Of a DNA stretch of 33,910 nt, positions 10,564 to 20,176 are shown piece after piece. Position 1 is the stretch's first letter; each line of letters begins with the position of its first letter. The notes under the pieces were generated by a model that saw only the letters and a list, made by a program, of their open reading frames with translations, was not told where the DNA came from and searched no databases. The DNA lies in sequence record SRR31156797_8225, one strand, 5' to 3'. The position numbers and the translations under genes were made by a program.

Positions 10564-11262
10564 TTAGGTGCGTAAAAAGCCTTTGCCACGCATGGCGGAG
10601 AGCGCAAAATTTAAGGCTAACGCTAAGAATAGTAACACCATTCCTAATGCAACACCTTGCGCAAACGCCCCTTTATGGCTTTCCATTGCGATAGCAGTGG
10701 GAATATTTCGGGTTAAGCCCATAATGTTGCCCCCAACCATCATTGAACAACCTACCTCAGTAACAATACGTGAAAAGCTGGCGATAGTGGCAGCAAACAA
10801 CGGAAAACGCGTTTCCCAAATCATCGTAGCAGCAACGCGAGGAGTTGATACTCCCAACGTCATTGCCGTTTCAATTGTCCGACGATCACTCGATTGTAAT
10901 GCGCCGTGCATCATTGAGACTAAGATTGGAAAACAAATCATCATCTGGCCAAGAATCATCGATTTTTGGGTAAATAGCATTGACCAATCGCCGAGGGGAC
11001 CAGAACGAGATAGCAACATATACAGCAGTAAACCAATCACAACCGTAGGAACAGCTTGAAGTGTATTGATCACGGAAAGCAAAGCCCACTTACCACGAAA
11101 GTCGGTATAGGCGAGAATAAACGACAATAAAATTGCAGGAACAAGTACTAAGCAAATTGCCGTCAATGAAACGCTAAAGGAGACCGCAACGATCTCCCAT
11201 AGTTCTGCATCAAAGTTCACAAGAAGCGTAAACGCTTCTTGTGTTGTTTGCCATAGGCTCAT
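10564..11262 (-). CDS. tupB: Tungstate ABC transporter permease
   Basis: PTVVIGL, SRSGPLG, EVGCSMMVGGNI, TRNIPTAI. Confidence 0.9.
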   Translation of the reverse strand: MSLWQTTQEAFTLLVNFDAELWEIVAVSFSVSLTAICLVLVPAILLSFILAYTDFRGKWALLSVINTLQAVPTVVIGLLLYMLLSRSGPLGDWSMLFTQKSMILGQMMICFPILVSMMHGALQSSDRRTIETAMTLGVSTPRVAATMIWETRFPLFAATIASFSRIVTEVGCSMMVGGNIMGLTRNIPTAIAMESHKGAFAQGVALGMVLLFLALALNFALSAMRGKGFLRT

Positions 11263-11271
11263 AAATAACGG

Positions 11272-12090
11272 TTATTTGTCTGCGTTTGCAACGAACAGTT
11301 GTTGGCCATTTAGCTTGAAGCTGTTAATTAACTGCTGAGCTTTATTCGTTACCAACCAATCACTAAATGCTTTTGCACCGTCATAGTTTGTAGATGGGTA
11401 ACGTTCTGGGTTTACTAAGATCACTTGATAAGGGTTAAACAGTTTGTCGTCGCCTTCAAACACAATGTTTAAATCAAGTTTGTTTTGGTATGCCAACCAA
11501 GTGCCACGGTCTGTTAACGTATACGCTTGCATCTCGTTAGCCATGTTTAATGTTGGTCCCATACCTTGACCAACTGAACGATAACCACCGAAATTTGGTT
11601 CAATTTTCGCTTGTGCCCAGATACCTAACTCTTTCTTATGCGTACCTGAGTCATCCCCACGAGAGATAAACACTTCACCTGATTTAGCGATCTGATCAAA
11701 TACCTTGATAACACTGTCTTGTTTGCTGATTTCAGCTGGGTCGTTTTTAGGGCCGACAACAACAAAATCGTTGTACATTAGTTTGCGTGGTAATACGCCA
11801 AACCCTTTGTCTACAAAGTTAGCTTCAGACTTAGGCGCGTGAGTCATGACTAAATCAACGTCGCCGTTTTCACCCATTTTCAGCGCTTTACCCGTACCTG
11901 TCGCGATAACATCGATTTTATAGCCAGTCTCTTTTTCAAAAGTCGGCAGTAAATAATCAAGTAAGCCAGAGTGATACGTACTGGTGGTCGTTGCCAATTT
12001 TACTCGGTGCGAATCATCTGCACTTGAAGCCGAGTAACTAACCAAAGCCATAGACGCTGCTGCGATAGTAAAAGATAATTTTTTATTCAT
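11272..12090 (-). CDS. tupA: Tungstate ABC transporter substrate-binding protein
   Basis: Signal peptide; TupA signature ATTTS..SGLL; SRGDDSGTH; TDRGT. Start placed at ATG 12090 (GGA RBS). Confidence 0.92.
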   Translation of the reverse strand: MNKKLSFTIAAASMALVSYSASSADDSHRVKLATTTSTYHSGLLDYLLPTFEKETGYKIDVIATGTGKALKMGENGDVDLVMTHAPKSEANFVDKGFGVLPRKLMYNDFVVVGPKNDPAEISKQDSVIKVFDQIAKSGEVFISRGDDSGTHKKELGIWAQAKIEPNFGGYRSVGQGMGPTLNMANEMQAYTLTDRGTWLAYQNKLDLNIVFEGDDKLFNPYQVILVNPERYPSTNYDGAKAFSDWLVTNKAQQLINSFKLNGQQLFVANADK

Positions 12091-12167
12091 TTGATATTCC
12101 GTTCTCATGAGGTTGAGCTTTTTTAATGTCCAATAACGTTGTTATCGTTGTAATGGTCGGTGCTAAT

Positions 12168-12184
12168 TGCAATCAAGATGCCAA
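12168..12184 (-). promoter_or_regulatory. Sigma54 -24/-12 promoter of the tupA operon
   Basis: Minus strand TTGGCATCTTGATTGCA (GG-N10-GC). Confidence 0.85.
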
Positions 12185-12265
12185 CTTATAATAACTGCAA
12201 ATATGTACACAAAGCAGACAATAGCATGATTTATATTAGAAAATTAAGTTACAGCGCACAGTTAT

Positions 12266-12282
12266 AGGGACAAAATGTCTCA
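12266..12282. promoter_or_regulatory. Putative enhancer-binding-protein site (palindrome copy 1)
   Basis: AGGGACA-AAA-TGTCTCA, ~100 bp upstream of the tupA sigma54 promoter. Confidence 0.7.
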
Positions 12283-12310
12283 ATGTAGACACATTGGTAG
12301 TATGGTTAAC

Positions 12311-12327
12311 TGAGTCGTTATGTCCCA
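12311..12327. promoter_or_regulatory. Putative enhancer-binding-protein site (palindrome copy 2)
   Basis: TGAGTCG-TTA-TGTCCCA; centre is 45 bp from copy 1. Confidence 0.55.
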
Positions 12328-12352
12328 ATCATAATTATTTTTAGAGAAAGTC

Positions 12353-13810
12353 ATGAGTCATACCCCAGAGTCGAAACAAACACTGTTATATCAAGCCTTT
12401 TCTGTCTTGGTTGTCGATGATGAAACCGGGATGCAAGCCATACTAAAAAAAGCACTAACAAAGTGGTTTTCAAAAGTGGATTGTGCGGGATCCGTTGATG
12501 AAGCAGAAGCGTTGAGAGCCGATCAACACTATGATTTGATTATCCTTGATATCAACTTGCCTGGTCGTTCTGGAATCGAGTGGGAAGAAGCGTTTAACGA
12601 TGAGTACCACAAAGCCGAAGTGATTTTCATGACTGGTTATGCGGATCTTGAAACCGCCATCAGTGCTTTAAAACTGGGTGCTTCAGACTTTATCCTTAAA
12701 CCGTTCAATTTAGAACAAATGATGCAAGCGGTTAAGCGATGTATGGATAAGTGCTTAACCGAAAGAATGCAGTACGCACTCAAGCATGACTTTGAGCGTC
12801 ACACGACCAGTCAGATAATTGGTCAGTCGGACAGGACTCAACAACTTAAGCAGTTAATCTTACAATTTTCGCCGTCACGAGCATCAGTCTTAATTGAAGG
12901 TGAATCTGGCACGGGTAAAGAGCTTGTTGCGCGAGGCATTCATGAAGCGAGTGGTAGAAAAGGGCCATTTGTACCGGTTAACTGCGGTGCTATTGCGCCG
13001 GAACTGCTAGAAAGTGAGTTATTTGGTCATGCATCCGGAGCGTTTACAGGGGCTAAAAAGAGTCGTGAAGGGTTATTCCGAGTCGCAAACAGCGGTACTT
13101 TATTCTTAGACGAAATCGGCGAAATGCCTCTTAGCATGCAATCTTCACTGCTGAGAGTGTTGGAGCAACGTACTATACGCCCGGTAGGAACAGAAAAAGA
13201 GATCAATATTGACGTTCGTGTTGTGGCTGCGACCAACCGAAACCTGGAACAAGAGGTCGAAAAAGGGCGCTTTCGTCGAGATCTGTATTACCGACTCAAT
13301 GTACTAAAAATCGACGTTACGCCGTTAAGAGAGCGAAAAAGTGATCTTAAAGAGCTTGTGCCATTCTTTACTCAGCAACTTTGTAAAGAGCTAGGGATGC
13401 CAACGCCCAAGTGGGCGCATGAAGATGTCACGGCTATGGCTGACTATAACTGGCCTGGTAATATTCGAGAGCTAAAAAATCTGATTGAGCGCTGTATTCT
13501 ACTCGGTAAACCACCGGCACATTATTGGCGTGAAATGAATGGTATCTCTGAAAATAGCGATGATATGGTTACGCCGTCACAATTGAACGACCGACGAGAG
13601 AGCTTAGCGAGTGAAGGGGACAACAACCATTCCTCAAAGGGTTATCCCAATGGATGGAGCTTAAAAGACGTCGAGCGCGCCCATATTCAACAATTAGTCG
13701 ATTTTCATGCAGGCAACAAATCGGCGGCGGCTCGCGATCTAGGTGTGGCGCGTAAAACATTAGAAAGAAAGTATAAAGACTGGGAAAGTGAAGGATACGA
13801 CAATGCTTAG
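12353..13810 (+). CDS. Sigma54-dependent response regulator (REC-AAA+-Fis-type HTH)
   Basis: VVDD/LDINLP/KPF receiver motifs; GESGTGKE, GAFTGA, LFLDEIG, WPGNIREL; HTH NKSAAARDLGV. Confidence 0.95.
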   Translation: MSHTPESKQTLLYQAFSVLVVDDETGMQAILKKALTKWFSKVDCAGSVDEAEALRADQHYDLIILDINLPGRSGIEWEEAFNDEYHKAEVIFMTGYADLETAISALKLGASDFILKPFNLEQMMQAVKRCMDKCLTERMQYALKHDFERHTTSQIIGQSDRTQQLKQLILQFSPSRASVLIEGESGTGKELVARGIHEASGRKGPFVPVNCGAIAPELLESELFGHASGAFTGAKKSREGLFRVANSGTLFLDEIGEMPLSMQSSLLRVLEQRTIRPVGTEKEINIDVRVVAATNRNLEQEVEKGRFRRDLYYRLNVLKIDVTPLRERKSDLKELVPFFTQQLCKELGMPTPKWAHEDVTAMADYNWPGNIRELKNLIERCILLGKPPAHYWREMNGISENSDDMVTPSQLNDRRESLASEGDNNHSSKGYPNGWSLKDVERAHIQQLVDFHAGNKSAAARDLGVARKTLERKYKDWESEGYDNA

Positions 13811-15830
13811 TCGTCTTCATTTTTGGCCGAAATGGCGTCATCGTTTTCAAACTATGGTGCGTTACCGTCTGTTGATTCTGACCTCTGTGCCTATCGCCTT
13901 TACCTTATTTGCTTTGATTGCTATTTCTGTTTATTGGTCACTCCATTACACATGGCAAAGTACCCTTATCGACGTATCCGAAAGGCTGAAGGTTGCCAAT
14001 AACGCGATAAGCTTAGTGCAAGAAAATCAAGTCACTAGAGTAGAAGCAGTCTCTAACTCATATGAGTTTATCACTCGTTTAAAATCGCAAGACGATGAAA
14101 CCATAAATCATTGGGTATCCGAGCAGAAACAGCGTTACCAGTTGGATTTTTTGAAATACCACTCGGTAAAGTCTGTGGAACAAAAATTTCGCTATTTGGA
14201 TCTCACGCGCAAACAAGCCTTTTTTGATGTACTCGACGAGCAAGAGTTAACTGAACTCGACGCACAATTGGCGCAAAGAGCCATAGTTAATGAATTAGGT
14301 TCAAACAAAGTCGAACGACGTGGCTTAATCAGTCGAACGGTTATTTCCGTTACTAATGACGAGAACGATATCATCGGCTTCCTTGATGGCGGGTTACTTC
14401 TTAATAACAGCACTGGCTTAATCGACGAAATCCGTGACATTGTTTACCCCTCAGATCGTGACAACTTAAGACCATTAGGTACGCTAACCCTGTTCTTGGA
14501 TGATCTTCGAATCAGCACAAACGTGCCATTGAACAGCGATGAAAGACAAGGGCGAGCGATTGGTACCCGAGTATCAAGTGAAGTGCGCCAAGCAGTACTG
14601 AACAATGGCGGTGAATGGTTCGACCGCGCTTATGTTTATGACGCTTGGTACATAACAGCCTACCAGCCACTAAAAGACCAATATGATAACGTGATTGGTA
14701 TGCTTTATACCGGCTATTTGATGTGGCCATTTATCAAAGCTTATATCACTAACATTATAGAAATCGCAGTGACTACTTTGGTGCTGCTGATCATATCTGG
14801 TTTATTTGTGTACCGTGGTTCTCGTGATTTATTTCACCCTATCGAGAGAATTCATCGTGTGGTTAAGCTCGTGCAGTTGGGTAAAAACCAGCGCATTGGC
14901 ACACTGGGATTAGATGAAAAGCATGAGCTGGCTCAGTTGGCCAAACAGTTCGACAATATGTTGGATCTGCTGCAGCAACGTAATGAAGAGATTCAACAAG
15001 CTGCCAATGACTTAGAAGAGAAAGTACAACACCGAACCGCAAAGCTGCGTGAAAAGACTCAACAACTGGAGCATCACATTCAGTTATTACACACCACTCG
15101 CGACAAACTGATCGTCCATGAAAAACTTGCCGCGCTTGGTGAGCTTACCGCGGGAATTGCTCACGAGATTAATAACCCAACGGCAGTTATTCTTGGTAAC
15201 ACTGAGTTGATACAGTTCGAACTCGGTGAGGACGGTGCAAGAGTCCAAGAAGAAATCACCGCTATCTTGCAGCAAATCGACCGAATTCGAAATATCACCA
15301 GAAGCCTGTTGCAATACAGTCGTCAAGGTGGCGTGCAGGATGAGATCACTTGGCAGCATGTGAATCCAATCATTGATGAAAGCATTACGTTAGTTAAAAC
15401 CGGAACTAAAAAACGCGACATCGACTTTCATGTTGATCTGAAAGCGAGAGCATCTGTCGAAGTCAATCGTCATCAGCTTTTGCAAATTCTGGTCAATTTA
15501 CAAATGAATGCTATCCACGCCATGAATGGCAAAGGTCGACTTTCGATTCGTAGTGAAGATTGGATTAAACAAGGTGAGATATCTGGTGCAGTTATCTACA
15601 TTGAAGATCAAGGTTGTGGCATTAAGCCTGAGAATCTCAAACGCATATTTGACCCGTTCTATACCACGAAGCGTGATGGAACGGGATTGGGGTTGGCAGT
15701 ATCACAGAGCCTTTTAAGTCAGACCGGCGGTGAAATTCAGGTTGAATCCGAAGTCGGTAAAGGCAGCATCTTTAGCATCTATTTGCCGATAAAAGCCGGC
15801 ACCGATTTAATCATCGCCCAATCGATGTAA
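13803..15830 (+). CDS. Sensor histidine kinase with periplasmic Cache-like domain and HAMP
   Basis: Two TM helices; AHEINNP H-box; DQGCGI, FDPFYTTK, GTGLGL. Start at ATG 13803 after GAAGGA, overlapping the regulator stop. Confidence 0.93.
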   Translation: MLSRLHFWPKWRHRFQTMVRYRLLILTSVPIAFTLFALIAISVYWSLHYTWQSTLIDVSERLKVANNAISLVQENQVTRVEAVSNSYEFITRLKSQDDETINHWVSEQKQRYQLDFLKYHSVKSVEQKFRYLDLTRKQAFFDVLDEQELTELDAQLAQRAIVNELGSNKVERRGLISRTVISVTNDENDIIGFLDGGLLLNNSTGLIDEIRDIVYPSDRDNLRPLGTLTLFLDDLRISTNVPLNSDERQGRAIGTRVSSEVRQAVLNNGGEWFDRAYVYDAWYITAYQPLKDQYDNVIGMLYTGYLMWPFIKAYITNIIEIAVTTLVLLIISGLFVYRGSRDLFHPIERIHRVVKLVQLGKNQRIGTLGLDEKHELAQLAKQFDNMLDLLQQRNEEIQQAANDLEEKVQHRTAKLREKTQQLEHHIQLLHTTRDKLIVHEKLAALGELTAGIAHEINNPTAVILGNTELIQFELGEDGARVQEEITAILQQIDRIRNITRSLLQYSRQGGVQDEITWQHVNPIIDESITLVKTGTKKRDIDFHVDLKARASVEVNRHQLLQILVNLQMNAIHAMNGKGRLSIRSEDWIKQGEISGAVIYIEDQGCGIKPENLKRIFDPFYTTKRDGTGLGLAVSQSLLSQTGGEIQVESEVGKGSIFSIYLPIKAGTDLIIAQSM

Positions 15831-15834
15831 AACG

Positions 15835-15864
15835 AAAACAGCCTCATTATGAAGAGGCTGTTTT
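15835..15864. terminator. Bidirectional intrinsic terminator
   Basis: AAAACAGCCTC-8 nt-GAGGCTGTTTT between convergent genes. Confidence 0.85.
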
Positions 15865-15865
15865 A

Positions 15866-16765
15866 TTATCCCGCATGAACCGCTATTTTTGGTGGTTTGA
15901 TTCCATGTTGGCGGAACTCATTCATCACTCTTAAAGTAATGTCTGTCTCGAATAGCTTCTCATAAGCCGTATCGACCACATAAGCTTTGCAGGTTAGTTG
16001 CACAGCCAAATAGTTGTCCGTAATCGTTTGTTTCACTAACACGGTAACGGGTTTAGGCAGGTGAATATAACGACTTGAAGAAGCCGCTTCTTGAATCAAG
16101 TCTCGCGCTAATACGATATCTTCATCAATCCCAACATAAAACGGGATAACCACCTGCATATCCAGCGCACCATAGTTTCCGCTTACAGCGACTTCATTTA
16201 AAAACTTGTTGTTTGGGATAGTGATTATGTCATCGGATAGGGTACGCATACGCACCGAACGCAAACCGATGGTAATGATGTCACCATAATGCCCCTCAAA
16301 TGTGACGCGGTCACCTACCTGAAACGGACGATCTATCATTACGGTCAGACCAGCGATGAATGATGCAGCCAAATCTTTTAATGCGAAACCCACCGAGACA
16401 GCTAGTGTACCGCCAATAAGCGCAAGAATATGGTCATTAATCCTAAAACTCAAAACAAAGACAACAACGCCTGCGGTCATATAAACAAAGAACTGCAGAA
16501 ACGATTGCAGCTTTTGCAGCAGCATTCGGTATTGAGCAAACTGGCTACCAATGGTTTCAACCACTGAGCTCATAAACTTCAACAGCACCCATGTCGCTGC
16601 AATGATAAGTATCGAGAAGAAAACGCCACTCCAACGAACCAAACTGGCGATTTGTTGAAAGCTTTCAGCGTTGACCGCTTCTTCGGCGAACACTTGACCT
16701 GATAGGGCCATCATCAATCCGCCGACAATAAAAGTTCTATCTAAAGATTTAATGGTTAACTTCAT
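15866..16765 (-). CDS. MscS-family mechanosensitive ion channel
   Basis: VGFALKD..ASFIAG, RPFQVGD, IGLRSV, ITIPN. Confidence 0.92.
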   Translation of the reverse strand: MKLTIKSLDRTFIVGGLMMALSGQVFAEEAVNAESFQQIASLVRWSGVFFSILIIAATWVLLKFMSSVVETIGSQFAQYRMLLQKLQSFLQFFVYMTAGVVVFVLSFRINDHILALIGGTLAVSVGFALKDLAASFIAGLTVMIDRPFQVGDRVTFEGHYGDIITIGLRSVRMRTLSDDIITIPNNKFLNEVAVSGNYGALDMQVVIPFYVGIDEDIVLARDLIQEAASSSRYIHLPKPVTVLVKQTITDNYLAVQLTCKAYVVDTAYEKLFETDITLRVMNEFRQHGIKPPKIAVHAG

Positions 16766-19116
16766 TATTTCACCAGTAAGTGTTGACGATCGAGAACATT
16801 GGTGATGGTTCGATACCAGTGATCGGAAACGCGGGCTTTATCTTCAGCCCACTCTAAATAGCCTCGACTTTGGAAGTAGCGAACTATCCCGGTAACTTCA
16901 GCAATACTTAACTGAGTACATTTGGATAACTCTTCGCTCGACGCCACTTCCAATTGAACAACGGAGCGCAATACCGCAAGCATCGGTTTGGGCATTTGTT
17001 CCAGTTCCTGCGAGTCCGGGATATGGAACAAACGCACATTCACAACACCTGTCTCTTTGTTCTTGTTCAGTGATCGACGGAAAAAGCGCAAAGCCACGGT
17101 TGGGTTACCGTCTGAGTAGTGCCATAAAATACGGTAAAACCCTTGTTTCGCGCGCTCATCATCACTCGAGTCATCCTGATCCCACTGTTTAGGCACAACG
17201 AGTCCTTCAAAACAGACTGGAGAATCGACGTTCTGATTAATACGACTGTCTAATAAGCTATGCATCTGCTTTTCAGTCCAACGCGGAAGCATCGTCACTA
17301 AATCAAACAGCAAGCGTTCTCCCCGCGCTCGATCAACAAACCGCCAGTTTGATTTCTCGATCGCCATAATAACGCGATGATTTTTCTTAGATCGACGTAG
17401 CAAGTTAGTCAGTTTCATCAGGCTGTTTAAACCGCCAACCATTGGCTTAACCAGTCGTTGCGCATTATCAATCGCCACCAGATAGGTCTGTTCACTCTTG
17501 CGTAGATAAGAAAGAATCTGAATTTCAGTGGCTTCTTCTTCTAAACCGAGGCTAAGGGCAAACAGACCGAGCAACTCGTTGTAACCAGAATAAGGGCAGT
17601 TAAGATAAAGTGGCTCAGCATTTTTGACTTTATTGAGCAGGGTGTAGAGCAGTGTTGTCGTGCCAATACCACGTTCGCCAGTCACGACACAAACCGCCGG
17701 GCTGTCAGTCATTAAATAACGAGATAACTGCTTAACTTCATCGCTGCCATAATCGATCAGTTCACTATCAATTGAGCCTGGAAGAATATAGTTAAACGCT
17801 TCATCACCTTTGATTCGAACGTGGTTATGGTCAGACGCAATACTCTCGGTCTGCTTCGCGACTTCGATTCTGAAGAGATACGCCAGCGCTTGGCTAAAGA
17901 AGGTGTAATTAGATAGTGCCGATATCAACTTGTACTGCGCTGTGTGAGTCAGAAGCCACAGTAACGTCGCCATCGTGGCAAACACTCGTACTGCGAAAGT
18001 GTCTTTTTTGCTGATCGTCCAGTTAATCCATAGTGGGCGATCGCTTGCTTTTTCAGCATAAGCAAAAATGCGGGCTCGCCACAGGTTAAGCACCGACACT
18101 ATCATGATAAAGAACCACGCATACATGGTATTCAGGATCCAGTAATAGATGGTGCCTTTACCCAATGTACGTTCAGACAACTGTAATATTACGCCGGTAA
18201 TAATTATCGTCCAGACGATTCTGCGGATAGTGCTTAGCCTCAACGCCATCAGTTCTTTGTTAGAGGTATGGCTGTAGCGATAGGTCATTTCAAGAATCAA
18301 GCTAACCGCAATTGCGCCGCCCCAGATCCACCAGATAAATATTTCAAGAAACACCAAATGTTGAAGGCTCTTAATTTCCGCCAATACTTGCAAAGAAAAT
18401 GTAATCGCGATTAACCAAGCAATGGCTTTGTTGGCCTTACTCAAATACCAAATCGCTCGCGCCCATAAGGAGGGAGAGGATTTGTCTTTGAGATAGGCGT
18501 TTCTGAACAGCTCGATGAGGCGCTTACTGTGTCGTAACCACCACACAAGTAAGAAATAGATGAAAACGACTTTGCATACTGACCAGATAAACGGCACAGG
18601 TGAAATAAGCAGATCGTTATAGAGAGACTTGAAACTTCGCAATTGAAAATAGGCTAGGTATTCAATGTTTAAGCGGGCTAATTGCCATTCTTGCTTAAAC
18701 TGAGTAACACCCGTTGGGCCAAAACCTGTTAACTCAGAGCGTGTTAACTCATCCACAGAACGCAGCAAATGCTGTTTTGAATAGGTGAGGCTTAATTGGG
18801 TTAAATAGTTTTGTTCAAGGTTGAACCAGTTAAGTTCATCACTTTGATTGCGGTAATTATTTAGCGAGTGAGAAAAATCATCGATATTCTGTTCTTGCAG
18901 AACCAGTGTCGAGCGTAACAACTGCTGAACTTCTGTTAACTGTTTGTCGCTCATAAACAGTGTGTCAGGAAGTGTATCTACTTGATTCTGGATATCTAAT
19001 GCTTGGGCTTTTGCTTTCGGGCTTGTTTCTATATCAACAAGATCCCATTCAGCATGCACAGCCGTTTGCCAACAAACCAGCCAAAACATCAAAAAGAAAC
19101 GTATCAAAGTTTGCAT
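16765..19116 (-). CDS. Multi-pass membrane protein with C-terminal AAA/STAND-like P-loop domain (degenerate Walker A) and probable winged helix
   Basis: Signal peptide AVHA|E; several TM segments; GERGIGTTT, LVAIDNAQRL, SDGNP; TAATG overlap with the mscS-family gene. Confidence 0.8.
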   Translation of the reverse strand: MQTLIRFFLMFWLVCWQTAVHAEWDLVDIETSPKAKAQALDIQNQVDTLPDTLFMSDKQLTEVQQLLRSTLVLQEQNIDDFSHSLNNYRNQSDELNWFNLEQNYLTQLSLTYSKQHLLRSVDELTRSELTGFGPTGVTQFKQEWQLARLNIEYLAYFQLRSFKSLYNDLLISPVPFIWSVCKVVFIYFLLVWWLRHSKRLIELFRNAYLKDKSSPSLWARAIWYLSKANKAIAWLIAITFSLQVLAEIKSLQHLVFLEIFIWWIWGGAIAVSLILEMTYRYSHTSNKELMALRLSTIRRIVWTIIITGVILQLSERTLGKGTIYYWILNTMYAWFFIMIVSVLNLWRARIFAYAEKASDRPLWINWTISKKDTFAVRVFATMATLLWLLTHTAQYKLISALSNYTFFSQALAYLFRIEVAKQTESIASDHNHVRIKGDEAFNYILPGSIDSELIDYGSDEVKQLSRYLMTDSPAVCVVTGERGIGTTTLLYTLLNKVKNAEPLYLNCPYSGYNELLGLFALSLGLEEEATEIQILSYLRKSEQTYLVAIDNAQRLVKPMVGGLNSLMKLTNLLRRSKKNHRVIMAIEKSNWRFVDRARGERLLFDLVTMLPRWTEKQMHSLLDSRINQNVDSPVCFEGLVVPKQWDQDDSSDDERAKQGFYRILWHYSDGNPTVALRFFRRSLNKNKETGVVNVRLFHIPDSQELEQMPKPMLAVLRSVVQLEVASSEELSKCTQLSIAEVTGIVRYFQSRGYLEWAEDKARVSDHWYRTITNVLDRQHLLVK

Positions 19117-19131
19117 ATAAATTATCGTTTT

Positions 19132-19144
19132 TAAGCCATTGATT
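19132..19144 (-). promoter_or_regulatory. IHF consensus site, with an RpoS-like -10 (CTACACT, 19154-19160) nearby
   Basis: Minus strand AATCAATGGCTTA matches WATCAA-N4-TTR. Confidence 0.35.
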
Positions 19145-19255
19145 TCTTAAACCAGTGTAGTTGGAATATAGAAAGTTGGATATAACAGATTTGTTTATAG
19201 CTGTAGGAAAATAAAGAAGTTTCGTGCTTGTTTAGCTTTTGATACGTTGAAAAGG

Positions 19256-19281
19256 TGCCGACGATGGAACTACCGTCGGCA
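19256..19281 (-). terminator. Intrinsic terminator of fdhD
   Basis: TGCCGACG...CGTCGGCA hairpin followed on the minus strand by CCTTTT. Confidence 0.65.
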
Positions 19282-19287
19282 GGTTGA

Positions 19288-20121
19288 CTATTGTTCGGCT
19301 AAATGACCTTTGACATCAAAGTCGATCTTTTGCGCGCCACTGTATACTTGAAAACGACGACCTTTGGCACGGGCAATCGTTGTAATACCAAATTGATGAG
19401 CGAGGTCTAACCCCATTTGAGTTACCCCAGAGCGCGACAAAAGTACAGGTATACCCATCTGCGCAACCTTTATCACCATTTCAGATGTTAATCGACCAGT
19501 GGTATAAAAAATCTTGTCGTCGCCGGTTTCACCATTTAGCCACATTTCACCAGCGAGCGTATCTACAGCATTATGTCGACCGACATCTTCAACAAATGAA
19601 AGAACCTTATCGCCTTGGCATACCGCGCAACCATGAACAGCCCCTGCGGCTTTATAGGTATCGTTGTGATGTGTCAGTGCCTCTAAAGCTTGATAAATTT
19701 GTGATTGCTTCAACGTTGTTTGAGGCACTTGATAGTGTTCTAACTGCTTCATTACGTTGCCATACATGGTTCCTTGACCACATCCCGATGTGACGGTTTT
19801 CTTTTTTAATGCAGGCTCAAGGTGTTCGAGTGACTCTTTGGTTACAACAGCCGCTGAGTTGGTTTCCCAATCAATAATGATCGACTCTAACGCTTCGGGA
19901 TCATTGAGGAAACTTTGATTCTTTAGGTAACCTAGCACCAGTGCTTCTGGGCGAGAGCCTAAAGTCATCAAAGTCACGATTTCTTTCCAATTGAGCATGA
20001 CCGTAAGAGGGCGCTCACAAGCGATAGATTTCGTCATCACTTCGCCATACTCATCAAAGACTTCAACTTCAATGGTTTGTAATGGGTTTTCACTGGTTTT
20101 AATAATTGTCGGTTGCGCCAC
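19288..20121 (-). CDS. fdhD: Formate dehydrogenase accessory sulfurtransferase FdhD
   Basis: TSGCGQG, GAVHGCA, EDVGRHNAVD, TGRLTSEMVIK. Start re-placed at GTG 20121 (AGGAAGG RBS) because the ORF-track extension contains the promoter. Confidence 0.93.
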   Translation of the reverse strand: MAQPTIIKTSENPLQTIEVEVFDEYGEVMTKSIACERPLTVMLNWKEIVTLMTLGSRPEALVLGYLKNQSFLNDPEALESIIIDWETNSAAVVTKESLEHLEPALKKKTVTSGCGQGTMYGNVMKQLEHYQVPQTTLKQSQIYQALEALTHHNDTYKAAGAVHGCAVCQGDKVLSFVEDVGRHNAVDTLAGEMWLNGETGDDKIFYTTGRLTSEMVIKVAQMGIPVLLSRSGVTQMGLDLAHQFGITTIARAKGRRFQVYSGAQKIDFDVKGHLAEQ

Positions 20122-20160
20122 GTGACCTTCCTGATGAGTTAAATTTTCAATTTCAAAAGC

Positions 20161-20176
20161 AGCAATTATCGTTCCA
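20161..20176 (-). promoter_or_regulatory. Sigma54 promoter of fdhD
   Basis: Minus strand TGGAACGATAATTGCT. Confidence 0.75.

Noticed and set aside
10568-11059. 163-aa antisense ORF, and similar ORFs at 7682..8092, 3661..3957 and 29820..30089
   Set aside because: In-register shadows of well-supported genes on the opposite strand, with no recognisable motifs
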